Shown one piece after another: positions 19,338 through 30,911 of a DNA stretch of 64,000 bases. This stretch comes from Coprothermobacterota bacterium (lineage in GTDB: Bacteria > Coprothermobacterota > Coprothermobacteria > Coprothermobacterales > Coprothermobacteraceae). Every line of letters begins with the position of its first letter. Within the stretch, counting starts at the first letter, position 1. The notes beneath the pieces were generated by a model that had not been told where the DNA came from, made no database searches, and worked only from the letters and a program-made list of their open reading frames with translations. The position numbers and the translations under genes were made by a program. Location of the stretch: assembly GCA_036679065.1 (NCBI GenBank), contig JAZIGN010000001.1, positions 96,001 through 160,000 of the forward strand, written 5' to 3'.

Positions 19338-21235
19338 AAACGAAAAACTACGGTGCTGAACAGATCAAAGTTTTAGGCGATCTTGAGGGCGTTAGGAAAC
19401 GCCCTGCCATGTACATAGGAAGTACGGACAAGAATGGTTTGCACCATCTCATTTGGGAGATTGTAGACAATGCCATCGACGAAGCCATGGCGGGCTTCTG
19501 CGATCACATAAAAGTGGTGCTTTACAAAGATGGTTCAGTGTTAGTTGAAGACAACGGCCGTGGTATACCGGTGGAGATTCATCCTCAGGAAGGCCGTCCT
19601 ACCGTAGAAGTGGTGTTAACAAAGTTGCACGCTGGTGGTAAGTTCGGTGGTCAGGCTTACAAAGCTAGCGGCGGTTTGCATGGCGTGGGTTTGTCCGTGG
19701 TAAATGCTCTTAGTGAATGGCTTGAAATAACTGTAAAAAGAGATGGAACGGTATATTGGCAACGTTACGAGTTTGGTAAACCTGTAACAGAGGTTAAAGA
19801 AATTGGTCAGTACGATGATACTGAAAACTCAGCCACCATAGTGCAGTTCAAGCCTGACAAATCCATCTTTGCTGATACGCGTTTTGACTACGATGTTATC
19901 AGGCAGCGTTTAAGAGAGCTTGCTTTCTTAAACAGTGAGGTTACCATTGAGCTGCAAAGGGAAGGCAGTGAGCCAGAATTCTTCCACTTTGAGTCAGGCT
20001 TAGCTGGCTTACTTGAAGAGGTTGCTAACAGCTCAGAAAAAATCATTGATGTGCTTCGTTTTTCAGGCGCACAGCAAGATGTCCAAGTTGAGGTTGCTTT
20101 TACTTACGTGGACGATTTTGATGAGAACATTGTGTCTTTTGTGAACTCCGTTAGAACGGTAGATGGAGGAACTCACGTTCAGGGCTTAAGATCGGCAATA
20201 TCTAAAACGCTGGCTGAAGTGGGTAAGAGAAAAGGGTTGCTCAAGGATAACAATGTCTCCAGTGACGACTTTCGTCAGGGATTAAGAGCAGTGGTGGCAG
20301 TTAGGGTACCAGAGCCTGAGTTTGAAGGTCAAACCAAAGGTAAACTGGGCTCCAAATATGTAAGGAACATTGTAGAGGATGTAGTATCCAAGGCTTTTGA
20401 AAGTTATTTGGAGACGCAAAACGATGTTACAAAGACCTTGATTCAGAGGGCCTTAGCTTCTGCTGAAATGCGCGAAACCTTCAAACGCACTCGAGAAATG
20501 ATGAAGAACAGACTCAGAGTGGAATCTACGGTACTGCCAGGAAAGCTGTCAGATTGTTCCAGTCGTGATGTGGAAAAACGTGAACTTCTCATCGTAGAGG
20601 GAGAAAGCGCTGGTGGATCAGCGAAGCAAGGCCGTGATAGGACTATTCAAGCAGTACTACCGCTCAGAGGAAAAATACTGAACGTTGAGAAAGCTAGCTG
20701 GAAGCGTGTTTTGGATAATGAAGAGATTCAGGCGCTTATAGCTGCTATTGGCACTGGCGTGGGTGAGCATTTTAACTTTGCAAAACTACGTTACGGAAAA
20801 ATTATTATCATGACTGATGCTGACGTGGACGGTGCTCACATTAGAACGTTGCTTCTCACGTTCTTCTTTAGAATGATGCGTCCTTTGGTGGAAGAGGGAC
20901 ACATCTACATTGCTCAGCCGCCTCTGTACAAGATTGAAAGGAAGAAGAGCAAAGACATTATCTACCTGTATTCTGATGAAGACTTGCAGGCTTTCTTAAG
21001 AGAGCATGAGGGCGAGAATTTTGAGATACAGCGTTACAAGGGGTTAGGTGAAATGAACGCTGAGCAGTTGTGGGAAACCACTCTTAACCCCGAAACGCGT
21101 AATTTGTACATGGTGACTGTGGAAGACGCTGAAAAAGCAGACGAGCTGTTTTCGGTGCTAATGGGAGAAAAGGTTCAACCCAGAAAAGAGTTCATATTTG
21201 CTAATGCGAACTTAGTTAAGAACTTGGATGTGTGA
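19313..21235 (+). CDS. gyrB: Type IIA topoisomerase B subunit (GyrB lineage)
   Basis: VRKRPAMYIG, EIVDNAIDE, GGLHGVG, VEGESAGGS, PLRGKILN, DADVDG, RYKGLGEM. Confidence 0.93.
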   Translation: MAGMEKSLKTKNYGAEQIKVLGDLEGVRKRPAMYIGSTDKNGLHHLIWEIVDNAIDEAMAGFCDHIKVVLYKDGSVLVEDNGRGIPVEIHPQEGRPTVEVVLTKLHAGGKFGGQAYKASGGLHGVGLSVVNALSEWLEITVKRDGTVYWQRYEFGKPVTEVKEIGQYDDTENSATIVQFKPDKSIFADTRFDYDVIRQRLRELAFLNSEVTIELQREGSEPEFFHFESGLAGLLEEVANSSEKIIDVLRFSGAQQDVQVEVAFTYVDDFDENIVSFVNSVRTVDGGTHVQGLRSAISKTLAEVGKRKGLLKDNNVSSDDFRQGLRAVVAVRVPEPEFEGQTKGKLGSKYVRNIVEDVVSKAFESYLETQNDVTKTLIQRALASAEMRETFKRTREMMKNRLRVESTVLPGKLSDCSSRDVEKRELLIVEGESAGGSAKQGRDRTIQAVLPLRGKILNVEKASWKRVLDNEEIQALIAAIGTGVGEHFNFAKLRYGKIIIMTDADVDGAHIRTLLLTFFFRMMRPLVEEGHIYIAQPPLYKIERKKSKDIIYLYSDEDLQAFLREHEGENFEIQRYKGLGEMNAEQLWETTLNPETRNLYMVTVEDAEKADELFSVLMGEKVQPRKEFIFANANLVKNLDV

Positions 21236-21249
21236 GGTGTTATTGAGTT

Positions 21250-23526
21250 ATGGCAGGTATTCATGAAAGGGAAATTACTGAAGAACTAAAACAGTCTTAT
21301 ATTGATTACGCCATGAGCGTCATCGTAGGAAGAGCTCTTCCTGACGTTCGTGATGGCTTGAAGCCGGTGCAAAGGCGAATCATTTACTCCATGTCGGAGA
21401 CGGGAAGTACTTACAATAATCCATACAAAAAATCTGCTCGTATTGTGGGTGACGTGCTTGGTAAGTACCATCCACATGGTGACGCTTCTGTTTACGACGC
21501 ACTGGTGCGTATGGCACAGGACTTTGTTATGCGTTATCCACTGGTGGACGGTCATGGAAACTTTGGATCCATGGACGGAGACCCGCCAGCAGCTATGCGT
21601 TACACTGAGGTGAGGTTAACACGACTTTCTGACTATCTTGTGCAGGATTTAGATAAGGATACGGTAAACTGGGTTCCAAACTTCGATGGCAGTTTAAAGG
21701 AGCCCGAAGTTCTTCCCGCTGTGTTTCCTCAGCTCTTGGTTAATGGTTCCAGTGGTATTGCTGTAGGCGTATCGACGTACATCCCACCTCACAACTTGGG
21801 CGAAATCATCGATGCCACGTTGCACTTCCTTCACAATCCGGAAGTAACATCTAGGCAACTTATGAGGTTTGTTAAAGGTCCGGATTTTCCAACTGGCGGT
21901 CAGATTATTAATCCCCAAGATCTTGTAAAGGTTTATGAAGAAGGTAAGGGTGTAATTCGCGTACGTGGCCGAGCTAAGTTGGAAGAGGGGCACGGGCAAA
22001 GACGAAGGTTAGTTATTTATGAAATACCTTACATGGTCAACAAAGCAGAGCTGGTGTCTCAAATTGCCCAGCTCATTCGAGATAGAAAATTATCTGGTGT
22101 TGACGAGGTCAGAGACGAAAGTAACAGGCAGGGCGTCAGAGTGGTATTGGAGCTCAAGAAAGGCGCCAGTTTCCACCACATTCTGAACCAACTGTATGAA
22201 CAGACCGCTTTGGAAAACAGCTTTGCGATTAACATGGTTGCACTAAAAGACGGGGCTCCTGTTCAACTAACCTTGCGTGATTACATCGCCTCATTCGTGG
22301 ATTTTAGGAAAGAAACCATTTTAAGAAGAACACGTTATTTGCTGGATAAAGCTTCGAAGCGCCGCGAAGTTGTAGAGGGTATTCTTAAGGCGCTGGATAA
22401 CATTGATTTGGTTATTGACATTATCCGAAATGCGGAAACTACAGATCAGGCAAAGAGACGCCTCATGTCACAGATAGACCTAACAGAGGTGCAAGCAGAG
22501 GCTGTGTTGGAGATAAAGCTTAGATCTTTGGTTCACATGGAAAAGGAAAAAGTTGAGCAAGAGCTGGAATCCCTTTTGAAAGCCATTGCTGAGTACACTG
22601 AGATACTTAACAGTGAAACCAAGCTACTGGAAGTTATCGCTGAGGAGCTTAAACATGTGAAAAAAATGTTTGCTGATCAAAGAAGAACGCTAATTGGATT
22701 CTCGGATCAGCAAACAGAGACAGTACAAGCTGCCGAAGAAACATTCTTCATTGAATTGTTGGAGTACGGCATCATTAGAAGGTCAAAAACGCAGACAAAC
22801 TTGGTGGACTTTATTGAGGTGCAGGGAAGTGACCCGGTTATGTTCCTGACGAACTTTGGAAAGATATTCTGCATATCTGCCTACGAAATTCCTGAAAGTC
22901 AACGTGGCGTTGCTTTGAACGCTCTATTTCCTATGGGGAATGATGAGAAAGTGCTGCTATTAGGGACTCAAAACCAAGAGCTTATTGCCATCAGTGAAAA
23001 AGGAAAAGGAAAACGTTTCAGATTGGACGTGGAAAAGATCCCATCTCGAGGTGGCTATTACTTCCTGCTTGACCCAGGTGACATGGTATCAGTCATAGTT
23101 CCTGTAACTAGCAAAGAACTTGTTGTTATTAGTGCTCAGGGCAAGGCATTGCGTTTGGATGTGGAGAGTATTCCAGAACGTGGGCTTCGTACAGGCGGAG
23201 TTAAGGTTATGAGAACTTACGAAGGGGACCGAGTAGTGGGGGCGACATGCTTAAAACAGAAATACATCGTTACTATGACAGAAAACGCATATGCTAAGCG
23301 AACGGACATAGATGAAATACCCAAGAGAAATAGAGGCGCTGCAGGTGTTTTCATACATAAAGCTAATGAAACTACTGGCCCAGTAATAGGGGTTTCTTGT
23401 AACGAGAATATGCTTTACCGCTCAGGCAGAGAATGGCTTCCCTTAAGCATGAGTGACATACCGGTTTGTTCCAAGGCTTCCATGGGGAAGAAGGTTCTAA
23501 GAACCTTAATCAATCGGTTGGTTTGA
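21250..23526 (+). CDS. gyrA: Type IIA topoisomerase A subunit (GyrA lineage, no GyrA-box)
   Basis: [28 protein letters not shown] catalytic Tyr, beta-pinwheel CTD. Confidence 0.88.
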   Translation: MAGIHEREITEELKQSYIDYAMSVIVGRALPDVRDGLKPVQRRIIYSMSETGSTYNNPYKKSARIVGDVLGKYHPHGDASVYDALVRMAQDFVMRYPLVDGHGNFGSMDGDPPAAMRYTEVRLTRLSDYLVQDLDKDTVNWVPNFDGSLKEPEVLPAVFPQLLVNGSSGIAVGVSTYIPPHNLGEIIDATLHFLHNPEVTSRQLMRFVKGPDFPTGGQIINPQDLVKVYEEGKGVIRVRGRAKLEEGHGQRRRLVIYEIPYMVNKAELVSQIAQLIRDRKLSGVDEVRDESNRQGVRVVLELKKGASFHHILNQLYEQTALENSFAINMVALKDGAPVQLTLRDYIASFVDFRKETILRRTRYLLDKASKRREVVEGILKALDNIDLVIDIIRNAETTDQAKRRLMSQIDLTEVQAEAVLEIKLRSLVHMEKEKVEQELESLLKAIAEYTEILNSETKLLEVIAEELKHVKKMFADQRRTLIGFSDQQTETVQAAEETFFIELLEYGIIRRSKTQTNLVDFIEVQGSDPVMFLTNFGKIFCISAYEIPESQRGVALNALFPMGNDEKVLLLGTQNQELIAISEKGKGKRFRLDVEKIPSRGGYYFLLDPGDMVSVIVPVTSKELVVISAQGKALRLDVESIPERGLRTGGVKVMRTYEGDRVVGATCLKQKYIVTMTENAYAKRTDIDEIPKRNRGAAGVFIHKANETTGPVIGVSCNENMLYRSGREWLPLSMSDIPVCSKASMGKKVLRTLINRLV

Positions 23527-23545
23527 GGAAGGCTGTGATCTTAAA

Positions 23546-23929
23546 ATGGCTTATAAGTTTCTCGATCATACAGCAGATTTAGGCGTTGAAGTAACTGGAG
23601 AATCTACTGAGGAGCTTTTGCAATCTTGTTTGGATGCCCTTAGGGAATGGAGCTTCCAAGAGGTAGGTTCTTCCTGCATTACGCACAATGTGGAACTTTA
23701 TGGAGACACTGAAACGGAGCTTTGGTTCAAGTTCTTGAACGAAGTTGTTTTTTACATGGACAAAAACGAAGCGCCTCTGAAAGTGAGCTTAAAAGAGTAC
23801 CACTTAGGCTGTAGTTGCTACTTAAGAGCTGAGCTAATCACGGCTGAACATAGTAAGAGAAAACAAGCCGTAAAGGCTTTTACTTTGCACAATTTTGGCT
23901 TCTCAGTGCAGATGATTTTTGATGTGTAA
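23546..23929 (+). CDS. Archease
   Basis: YKFLDHTADLG N-terminus; KAFTLH...IFDV C-terminus; adjacent to rtcB. Confidence 0.92.
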   Translation: MAYKFLDHTADLGVEVTGESTEELLQSCLDALREWSFQEVGSSCITHNVELYGDTETELWFKFLNEVVFYMDKNEAPLKVSLKEYHLGCSCYLRAELITAEHSKRKQAVKAFTLHNFGFSVQMIFDV

Positions 23930-23979
23930 CTTGTGATGAGGGTGGTCAGTAGGTAACAAGAGAAAGGAGGTGGGCAATT

Positions 23980-25413
23980 GTGTGGAGACAATTGGATGAG
24001 TTCGTGTACGAGATTCCTTTGGGGGCAAAGGAGGGTATGCACGTACCCGGACGCATTTTCGCTACGGAATCCATATTGAAACAAGCCGAGGCAGACAAAG
24101 CCTTGGAGCAGGTGGTGAACGTGGCTACACTGCCTGGCATTCTAAAGTATTCATTGGCCATGCCTGACATCCACTGGGGTTACGGTTTTCCCATTGGGGG
24201 CGTGGCAGCTTTTGACGTGGATCGGGGTGTGATTACACCTGGAGGAATTGGTTTTGACATAAACTGCGGTGTCAGACTGCTCGTTACGCCACTAACGGAG
24301 GACGAAGTCCGGCCTAAGCTCAGTGAGCTACTGGACGTCCTCTACAGGGAAGTGCCCAGCGGTGTGGGCTCAGAAGGTTTCATAAAGCTTTCGGAAAGAG
24401 AACTAAATAAGGTGTTAGAAATGGGTGCCAAATGGGCCGTAGAACAGGGATATGGGACCGATGAGGACCTTGAGAGGTTGGAGTCACAAGGTCAGCTCAA
24501 AGGTGCTGACGCCAGTAAGGTGTCCAAAAGAGCCAAAGAGCGTGGTTTGGAACAGTTAGGAACGCTGGGTTCTGGAAATCACTTCTTGGAAGTTCAGAAA
24601 GTGGACGAGGTTTTCGATGAAAAGGTCGCCAAACAGATGGGCATTTTCCCAGGGCAGGTGACCGTAATGCTGCATACGGGTTCTCGTGGGCTAGGACACC
24701 AAGTAGCCACAGATTACATCGATGTAATGCTGAAAGCATCGAAGAAATATGGTATAAAGCTCGTTGATAAACAGCTGGCTGCTGCTCCCTTTAGGAGTGA
24801 AGAGGGCCTCAATTACTGGGCAGCAATGCAGTGCGCAGCTAACTTTGCCTGGGCGAACCGCCAAGTTATTACTGATTACATCAGAAAAGCTTTCATTAAG
24901 GTGTTCGGTAACGAAGTAAAGAACAGGATTAGTGTGATTTACGATGTGGCTCATAACATTGCAAAACTGGAAAAACACATGGTGGACGGCATGGAGAGAG
25001 AACTGGTAGTCCACAGAAAAGGGGCTACACGGTCATTTCCAGCCCATCATCCTGAGCTGCCATCTGTTTATGAAAACATTGGCCAGCCTGTAATCATACC
25101 GGGAAGCATGGGCTCAAGTTCTTTCTTGCTTATTGGATTACCTGGTAGCATGGAGCAATCATGGGGCTCCACTTGTCACGGGGCTGGCAGAGTCATGAGC
25201 AGGAAGGAAGCCATTAGAAGAGGTAATTACCCTGCCCTCATAGATAGTCTAGGAGAAAAGGGCATACTGGTAAGGAGTGCTGAGAGAGAAACGCTGTTAG
25301 AGGAAGCTCCTGAAGCTTATAAAGACGTGGACGAAGTTGTAAATGTGGTGGTGCAAGTGGGACTTAACAGTAAGGTGGCCAGGATGAGACCCATGGGGGT
25401 TGTCAAAGGTTGA
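23980..25413 (+). CDS. rtcB: RNA-splicing/repair ligase RtcB
   Basis: MPDIHWGYGFPIG, DINCG, GSGNHF, HTGSRG, HNIAK, STCHGAGR, terminal VVKG. Confidence 0.97.
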   Translation: MWRQLDEFVYEIPLGAKEGMHVPGRIFATESILKQAEADKALEQVVNVATLPGILKYSLAMPDIHWGYGFPIGGVAAFDVDRGVITPGGIGFDINCGVRLLVTPLTEDEVRPKLSELLDVLYREVPSGVGSEGFIKLSERELNKVLEMGAKWAVEQGYGTDEDLERLESQGQLKGADASKVSKRAKERGLEQLGTLGSGNHFLEVQKVDEVFDEKVAKQMGIFPGQVTVMLHTGSRGLGHQVATDYIDVMLKASKKYGIKLVDKQLAAAPFRSEEGLNYWAAMQCAANFAWANRQVITDYIRKAFIKVFGNEVKNRISVIYDVAHNIAKLEKHMVDGMERELVVHRKGATRSFPAHHPELPSVYENIGQPVIIPGSMGSSSFLLIGLPGSMEQSWGSTCHGAGRVMSRKEAIRRGNYPALIDSLGEKGILVRSAERETLLEEAPEAYKDVDEVVNVVVQVGLNSKVARMRPMGVVKG

Positions 25414-25826
25414 TTAAAGCATGTACGCCTGAGGAGACGGTGGAAGCCGGCTATTCATTTGCTTCTAACCTCAAAAAGGGGGACTTGGTGCTTCTTTTTG
25501 GGGTGCTAGGAGCTGGCAAAACCACGTTTATTCGGGGTGTGGCTCAGCGTCTCGCGCCTGGTGCGAAGGTTTCTTCACCGTCCTTCAATCTTCTGAGGAT
25601 TTACAACATGCCCAGTGGAGAACATTTGTACCACTTGGACTTCTACAGGGTTTTTAGTGTGAAAGAGTTGTGGGACATACGGATTGAAGAGTTTTTGGAA
25701 GATGGTGTGGTGTTGGTGGAATGGCCTGGGCGTTTCCCCGATCTACTGTCTTTACCGCATTGGAAGGTGATTTTTAAGGTTCTGGAGGATGACTGCAGGT
25801 GGATATCATTCACAAAGTGCTCGTAA
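25410..25826 (+). CDS. tsaE: t6A biosynthesis ATPase TsaE
   Basis: GVLGAGKTT, SSPSF, HLDFYR, VEWP. Confidence 0.95.
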   Translation: MIKACTPEETVEAGYSFASNLKKGDLVLLFGVLGAGKTTFIRGVAQRLAPGAKVSSPSFNLLRIYNMPSGEHLYHLDFYRVFSVKELWDIRIEEFLEDGVVLVEWPGRFPDLLSLPHWKVIFKVLEDDCRWISFTKCS

Positions 25827-26356
25827 TACAAACAGCTTTTCCAAGTGAGATAGCTGGCATTTATGAACCTGGAAAACGACCAAGTTTTACGTGGTTCGCT
25901 TTGCAGGGTAGGACTTTGGAAACTTTGTGTGATGTTCAGATTCCAGAGGATCTTGACGCCGTAGCTGTAGCGGTGGGACCTGGTCGTTTTACTTCCACAC
26001 GTGTGGGAGTGGGGTTTGCCTTGGGGCTTGGCATGTCAATGGGGCTACCTCTAATGCCTTTGAACGTGTTCGATCTGATGGACAATAAAGGCGCAGAGGG
26101 TTGGTATTTGATCATGTCAAGAAAGAACGAGTACTACGCCAGCTACAGGGTTAATTTTCAAGAGCTTAGGCGAGAGGTCTTGAATGAAGTACCTCAAACA
26201 GACGTTGTGAGGGTCTTAGATCAGGGTCATCCACTCACTTCTGATGATGTGGAGCTGTTCATAGTGGAGCGCGGTCTTCCGGAGGGTGTGAGTTGGGATG
26301 CCCTCAGAGTGGAGTACATGAAAGAAGTGGCAGAGGAGTACAAATTGTGGAAATGA
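25799..26356 (+). CDS. tsaB: t6A biosynthesis protein TsaB (short, divergent)
   Basis: AVAVGPGRFTSTRVG, similar to GPGSFTGxRxG; between tsaE and rimI. Confidence 0.85.
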   Translation: MDIIHKVLVIQTAFPSEIAGIYEPGKRPSFTWFALQGRTLETLCDVQIPEDLDAVAVAVGPGRFTSTRVGVGFALGLGMSMGLPLMPLNVFDLMDNKGAEGWYLIMSRKNEYYASYRVNFQELRREVLNEVPQTDVVRVLDQGHPLTSDDVELFIVERGLPEGVSWDALRVEYMKEVAEEYKLWK

Positions 26357-26823
26357 TCAAGTTTGAAGTTACAGAAGCCACAGAGGAAGACTTGGATGCC
26401 ATTTATGATGTGGATAGAAAAGCTTTTGAGTTCCCAATGAGCCGTAGCAGCATAGAAAGAGATCTTCGTGATAGGAGGCTTTCTAAGTACTTTGTAGCTC
26501 GCATTTCTCCTTACAACCAGGTGGTGGGGTATATCGGGCTTTGGTGCATTTTCCCCGAGGCACACATTGTTTCCATCGCTGTGGATCCGGATTATCAGGG
26601 TAAAGGTATTGGGAATAAGCTTTTGGAGCAGGCCATAAATTGGCTCATTGGTAGCGGATTCAAGCACGTGTTTCTGGAAGTGCGTGTTGATAACGAAGTT
26701 GCAATAAACCTTTACAATAAACACGGTTTCGAAAAAGTCAGCGTGAGAAAGAACTACTACCAAGACGGGTCAGATGCTTACGTCATGGTTAAGGACCTCA
26801 CCAGAAGAAAAGAAGAACAATGA
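26353..26823 (+). CDS. rimI: Ribosomal-protein-alanine N-acetyltransferase
   Basis: IAVDPDYQGKGIG, LEVRVDN..AINLY.K.GF, RKNYY. Confidence 0.92.
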   Translation: MIKFEVTEATEEDLDAIYDVDRKAFEFPMSRSSIERDLRDRRLSKYFVARISPYNQVVGYIGLWCIFPEAHIVSIAVDPDYQGKGIGNKLLEQAINWLIGSGFKHVFLEVRVDNEVAINLYNKHGFEKVSVRKNYYQDGSDAYVMVKDLTRRKEEQ

Positions 26824-26837
26824 GGAGTTAAATTACC

Positions 26838-27788
26838 ATGGATTACGAAATATTGGCTGTTGAGAGCAGTTGTGACGAAACTGCTGTGGCTTACCTTAAA
26901 GGTGACGAGGTTGAGCAGAGTAAGGTATTCTCGCAGATTGACTTGCATGAAGTGTTTGGCGGTGTACTCCCTGAGGCTGCTGCTCGTCGCCACCTGGAGG
27001 TACTGCCTCATTTACTAAGGGGCATCAGCAAACCAGATTTGGTGGCGGTGACTGCTGGGCCTGGGCTGTTGCCAGCCTTGCTCACTGGTGTTAGCGTGGC
27101 ACTTGGTTTGTCGAGGGGTTGGCAGATCCCACTCATGGGAGTGAACCACGTGGTGGCACACGTGGCAGCTGTAGCACTGGAACAAAATATCACATTACCC
27201 ATTTTAGGATTAGTGGTCTCTGGTGGCCATACGTCTTTTTACCTCATTGAAAGATGGTCTGATCCGAAGCTACTTGGATGGACTTATGACGATGCCGCGG
27301 GCGAGTGCCTGGACAAAGTAGGTAGGGCATTGGGTATGAAGTACCCGGCGGGTGCCGAAATTGATAGTCTGGCGTTGACAGTGAAAGAGCGGGTGACTAT
27401 GCCGTTACCACTTAAGAATGAAGATTCTTTTAATTTTTCCTTTTCTGGGCTGAAAACAGCTGCTTTGAAGTACAAGGGAAGGGTTCCCAATGAAGTGCTA
27501 GCTGCGTCCCTCATGGAAGCGGTGGTCAATCATCTGCTGGACCGCATAACAAAAGTGTTTGGAAAATACCCTTATCCACTTGTGGTGGGTGGGGGAGTAT
27601 CTGCATCGGAGTTCCTGCGTCAGCGATTGCGGGAACATTTTGGGGAACGGGTCATGTTTCCCAGTAAGCGGTTAAGCACGGACAACGCTGACATGATAGC
27701 TGCCTATGCAGGTTTACTACTTCACGAAGGTATTGTGCCCAGATTTTGTGTGACACCCGACCCGAACATGGAACTGGGATGGTGTTGA
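26838..27788 (+). CDS. tsaD: t6A transferase TsaD
   Basis: ESSCDETA, GGVLPE, HxxxH, SGGHT, DDAAGE, FSFSGLKT, TDNA. Confidence 0.96.
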   Translation: MDYEILAVESSCDETAVAYLKGDEVEQSKVFSQIDLHEVFGGVLPEAAARRHLEVLPHLLRGISKPDLVAVTAGPGLLPALLTGVSVALGLSRGWQIPLMGVNHVVAHVAAVALEQNITLPILGLVVSGGHTSFYLIERWSDPKLLGWTYDDAAGECLDKVGRALGMKYPAGAEIDSLALTVKERVTMPLPLKNEDSFNFSFSGLKTAALKYKGRVPNEVLAASLMEAVVNHLLDRITKVFGKYPYPLVVGGGVSASEFLRQRLREHFGERVMFPSKRLSTDNADMIAAYAGLLLHEGIVPRFCVTPDPNMELGWC

Positions 27789-27820
27789 ATAACCTCCTGC
27801 AGCTGATGGTATATTATCAG

Positions 27821-27847
27821 TTAGCAAGTTCTTAACTAAATTGCTAG
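27821..27847 (+). promoter_or_regulatory. CIRCE-like (HrcA) inverted repeat
   Basis: TTAGCAAGT-N9-AATTGCTAG versus consensus TTAGCACTC-N9-GAGTGCTAA; lies between a TGGTATATT -10 and the groES SD. Confidence 0.6.
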
Positions 27848-27858
27848 GAGGTGTCCTT

Positions 27859-28155
27859 ATGGAGATTAAACCTTTGGGCGACAGAGTGCTTCTGAAACCA
27901 ATGGAGGAAGAGGAAAAAACAAAGTCCGGTATTGTGATTCCTGACACTGCGAAGGAGAAACCACAAAAAGGAAAAGTCTTGGCAGTGGGCACTGGAAGAA
28001 CTCTGGACAATGGAACTAGGGTACCCTTAGAGGTTCAGGTTGGTGACATTGTTGTGTTCTCCAAGTACGCTGGTACCGAAGTAAAGGTTGATGGTGAAGA
28101 ATATCTCATTGTCTCTGAGAGAGATATTTTAGCCGTAGTCGGCCACGAAAACTAA
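27859..28155 (+). CDS. groES: Co-chaperonin GroES
   Basis: [31 protein letters not shown]. Confidence 0.98.
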   Translation: MEIKPLGDRVLLKPMEEEEKTKSGIVIPDTAKEKPQKGKVLAVGTGRTLDNGTRVPLEVQVGDIVVFSKYAGTEVKVDGEEYLIVSERDILAVVGHEN

Positions 28156-28169
28156 GGAGGGGTGATTGA

Positions 28170-29786
<1,617 letters not shown>

Positions 29787-29830
29787 TCGTGGCATGAAAC
29801 TCAGGCCTTAGGCCTAACTTGTTCGACAAT

Positions 29831-29877
29831 AAGGGGATCTCTTTGTAAATTAGGAAAGAGGTCCCCTTCGCTTTTTT
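29831..29877 (+). terminator. Intrinsic terminator after groEL
   Basis: AAGGGGATCTCTTT/AAAGAGGTCCCCTT hairpin followed by a T run. Confidence 0.8.
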
Positions 29878-29935
29878 AAGGTTCTTGCTGTATAATTTAT
29901 GGAAAATAGTCCCAAGGGAAGGGAGTGTAAGTTGG

Positions 29936-30898
29936 ATGAATTACCTGATCAAGAGAATCTTGCAACTAATCCCGACGTTCATCATCGCCACAATGATCGC
30001 TTTTATACTGTTCTCATTGGTAGGCGACCCATTTGAAGGCATGCGTCAGGATCCTAGGTTGGCTTCTCAAGTGGAAAGACTGAGAAAGATCTATGGCTAT
30101 GATAAAGATCCCTTCACGCGTTATGTTCTTTGGTTGTACAACTTCTTCACGGGTGAATGGGGTTACTCTATCATGGCAAAAAGGTCGGTGTTCAGTGTAG
30201 TCACTGAGCGAATTCCCGTCTCCTTAGCACTTGGTATTGGACAAACGGTGCTTGCTACATTGTTTGGACTGCTGCTTGGCATCTACTCTGCTTTGCACTT
30301 GTACTCGACAGCAGACTATGTGGCAACAGCGTTAGTTTTCTTTGGTATGTCCATGCCGTCGTTCTTCTTTGGGGTGATAGCTTTGTTCTTCTTTGTCATT
30401 ACTTGGCCGCTCTTCAATGTTGGTTTGATGACGCCAGGCTTTCACCCAGAGGTAGCAACCTTATTCGAGAAAACCATTGAGTATGGTAGGCACCTCATGC
30501 TTCCTCTAATGTTACTTGTTATCTTGGGAATGGGAGGATTCGTACGTTACGCTCGTTCTTCCATGCTTGAAGTTCTTAACATGGACTACATTAGAACTGC
30601 TAGGGCAAAAGGTTTGCCTGAGTCAGTTGTAGTGAGGAAGCACGCACTAAGAAATGCCTTAATACCCATTGTTACACTGCTTGCACTGTCATTGCCTGGT
30701 ATTCTTGGATCTGCACCGATCACTGAAACCATATTCAGTATTAATGGCCTAGGAAAACTGTACATAGACGCCTTGGGTGCTAACGACCAAATGACATTAA
30801 TGGCGGACCTCGTATTAACTATTACATTGGTCATACTCGGAAATCTGTTAGCCGACATTCTATACTCCATAGTTGACCCAAGGGTCAGTTTGGAATGA
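29936..30898 (+). CDS. oppB: Peptide ABC transporter permease (OppB/DppB)
   Basis: YLIKRILQ start; DYIRTARAKGL...HALRNA; DPR end. Confidence 0.92.
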   Translation: MNYLIKRILQLIPTFIIATMIAFILFSLVGDPFEGMRQDPRLASQVERLRKIYGYDKDPFTRYVLWLYNFFTGEWGYSIMAKRSVFSVVTERIPVSLALGIGQTVLATLFGLLLGIYSALHLYSTADYVATALVFFGMSMPSFFFGVIALFFFVITWPLFNVGLMTPGFHPEVATLFEKTIEYGRHLMLPLMLLVILGMGGFVRYARSSMLEVLNMDYIRTARAKGLPESVVVRKHALRNALIPIVTLLALSLPGILGSAPITETIFSINGLGKLYIDALGANDQMTLMADLVLTITLVILGNLLADILYSIVDPRVSLE

Positions 30899-30911
30899 GG
30901 AGGCGTTAACG

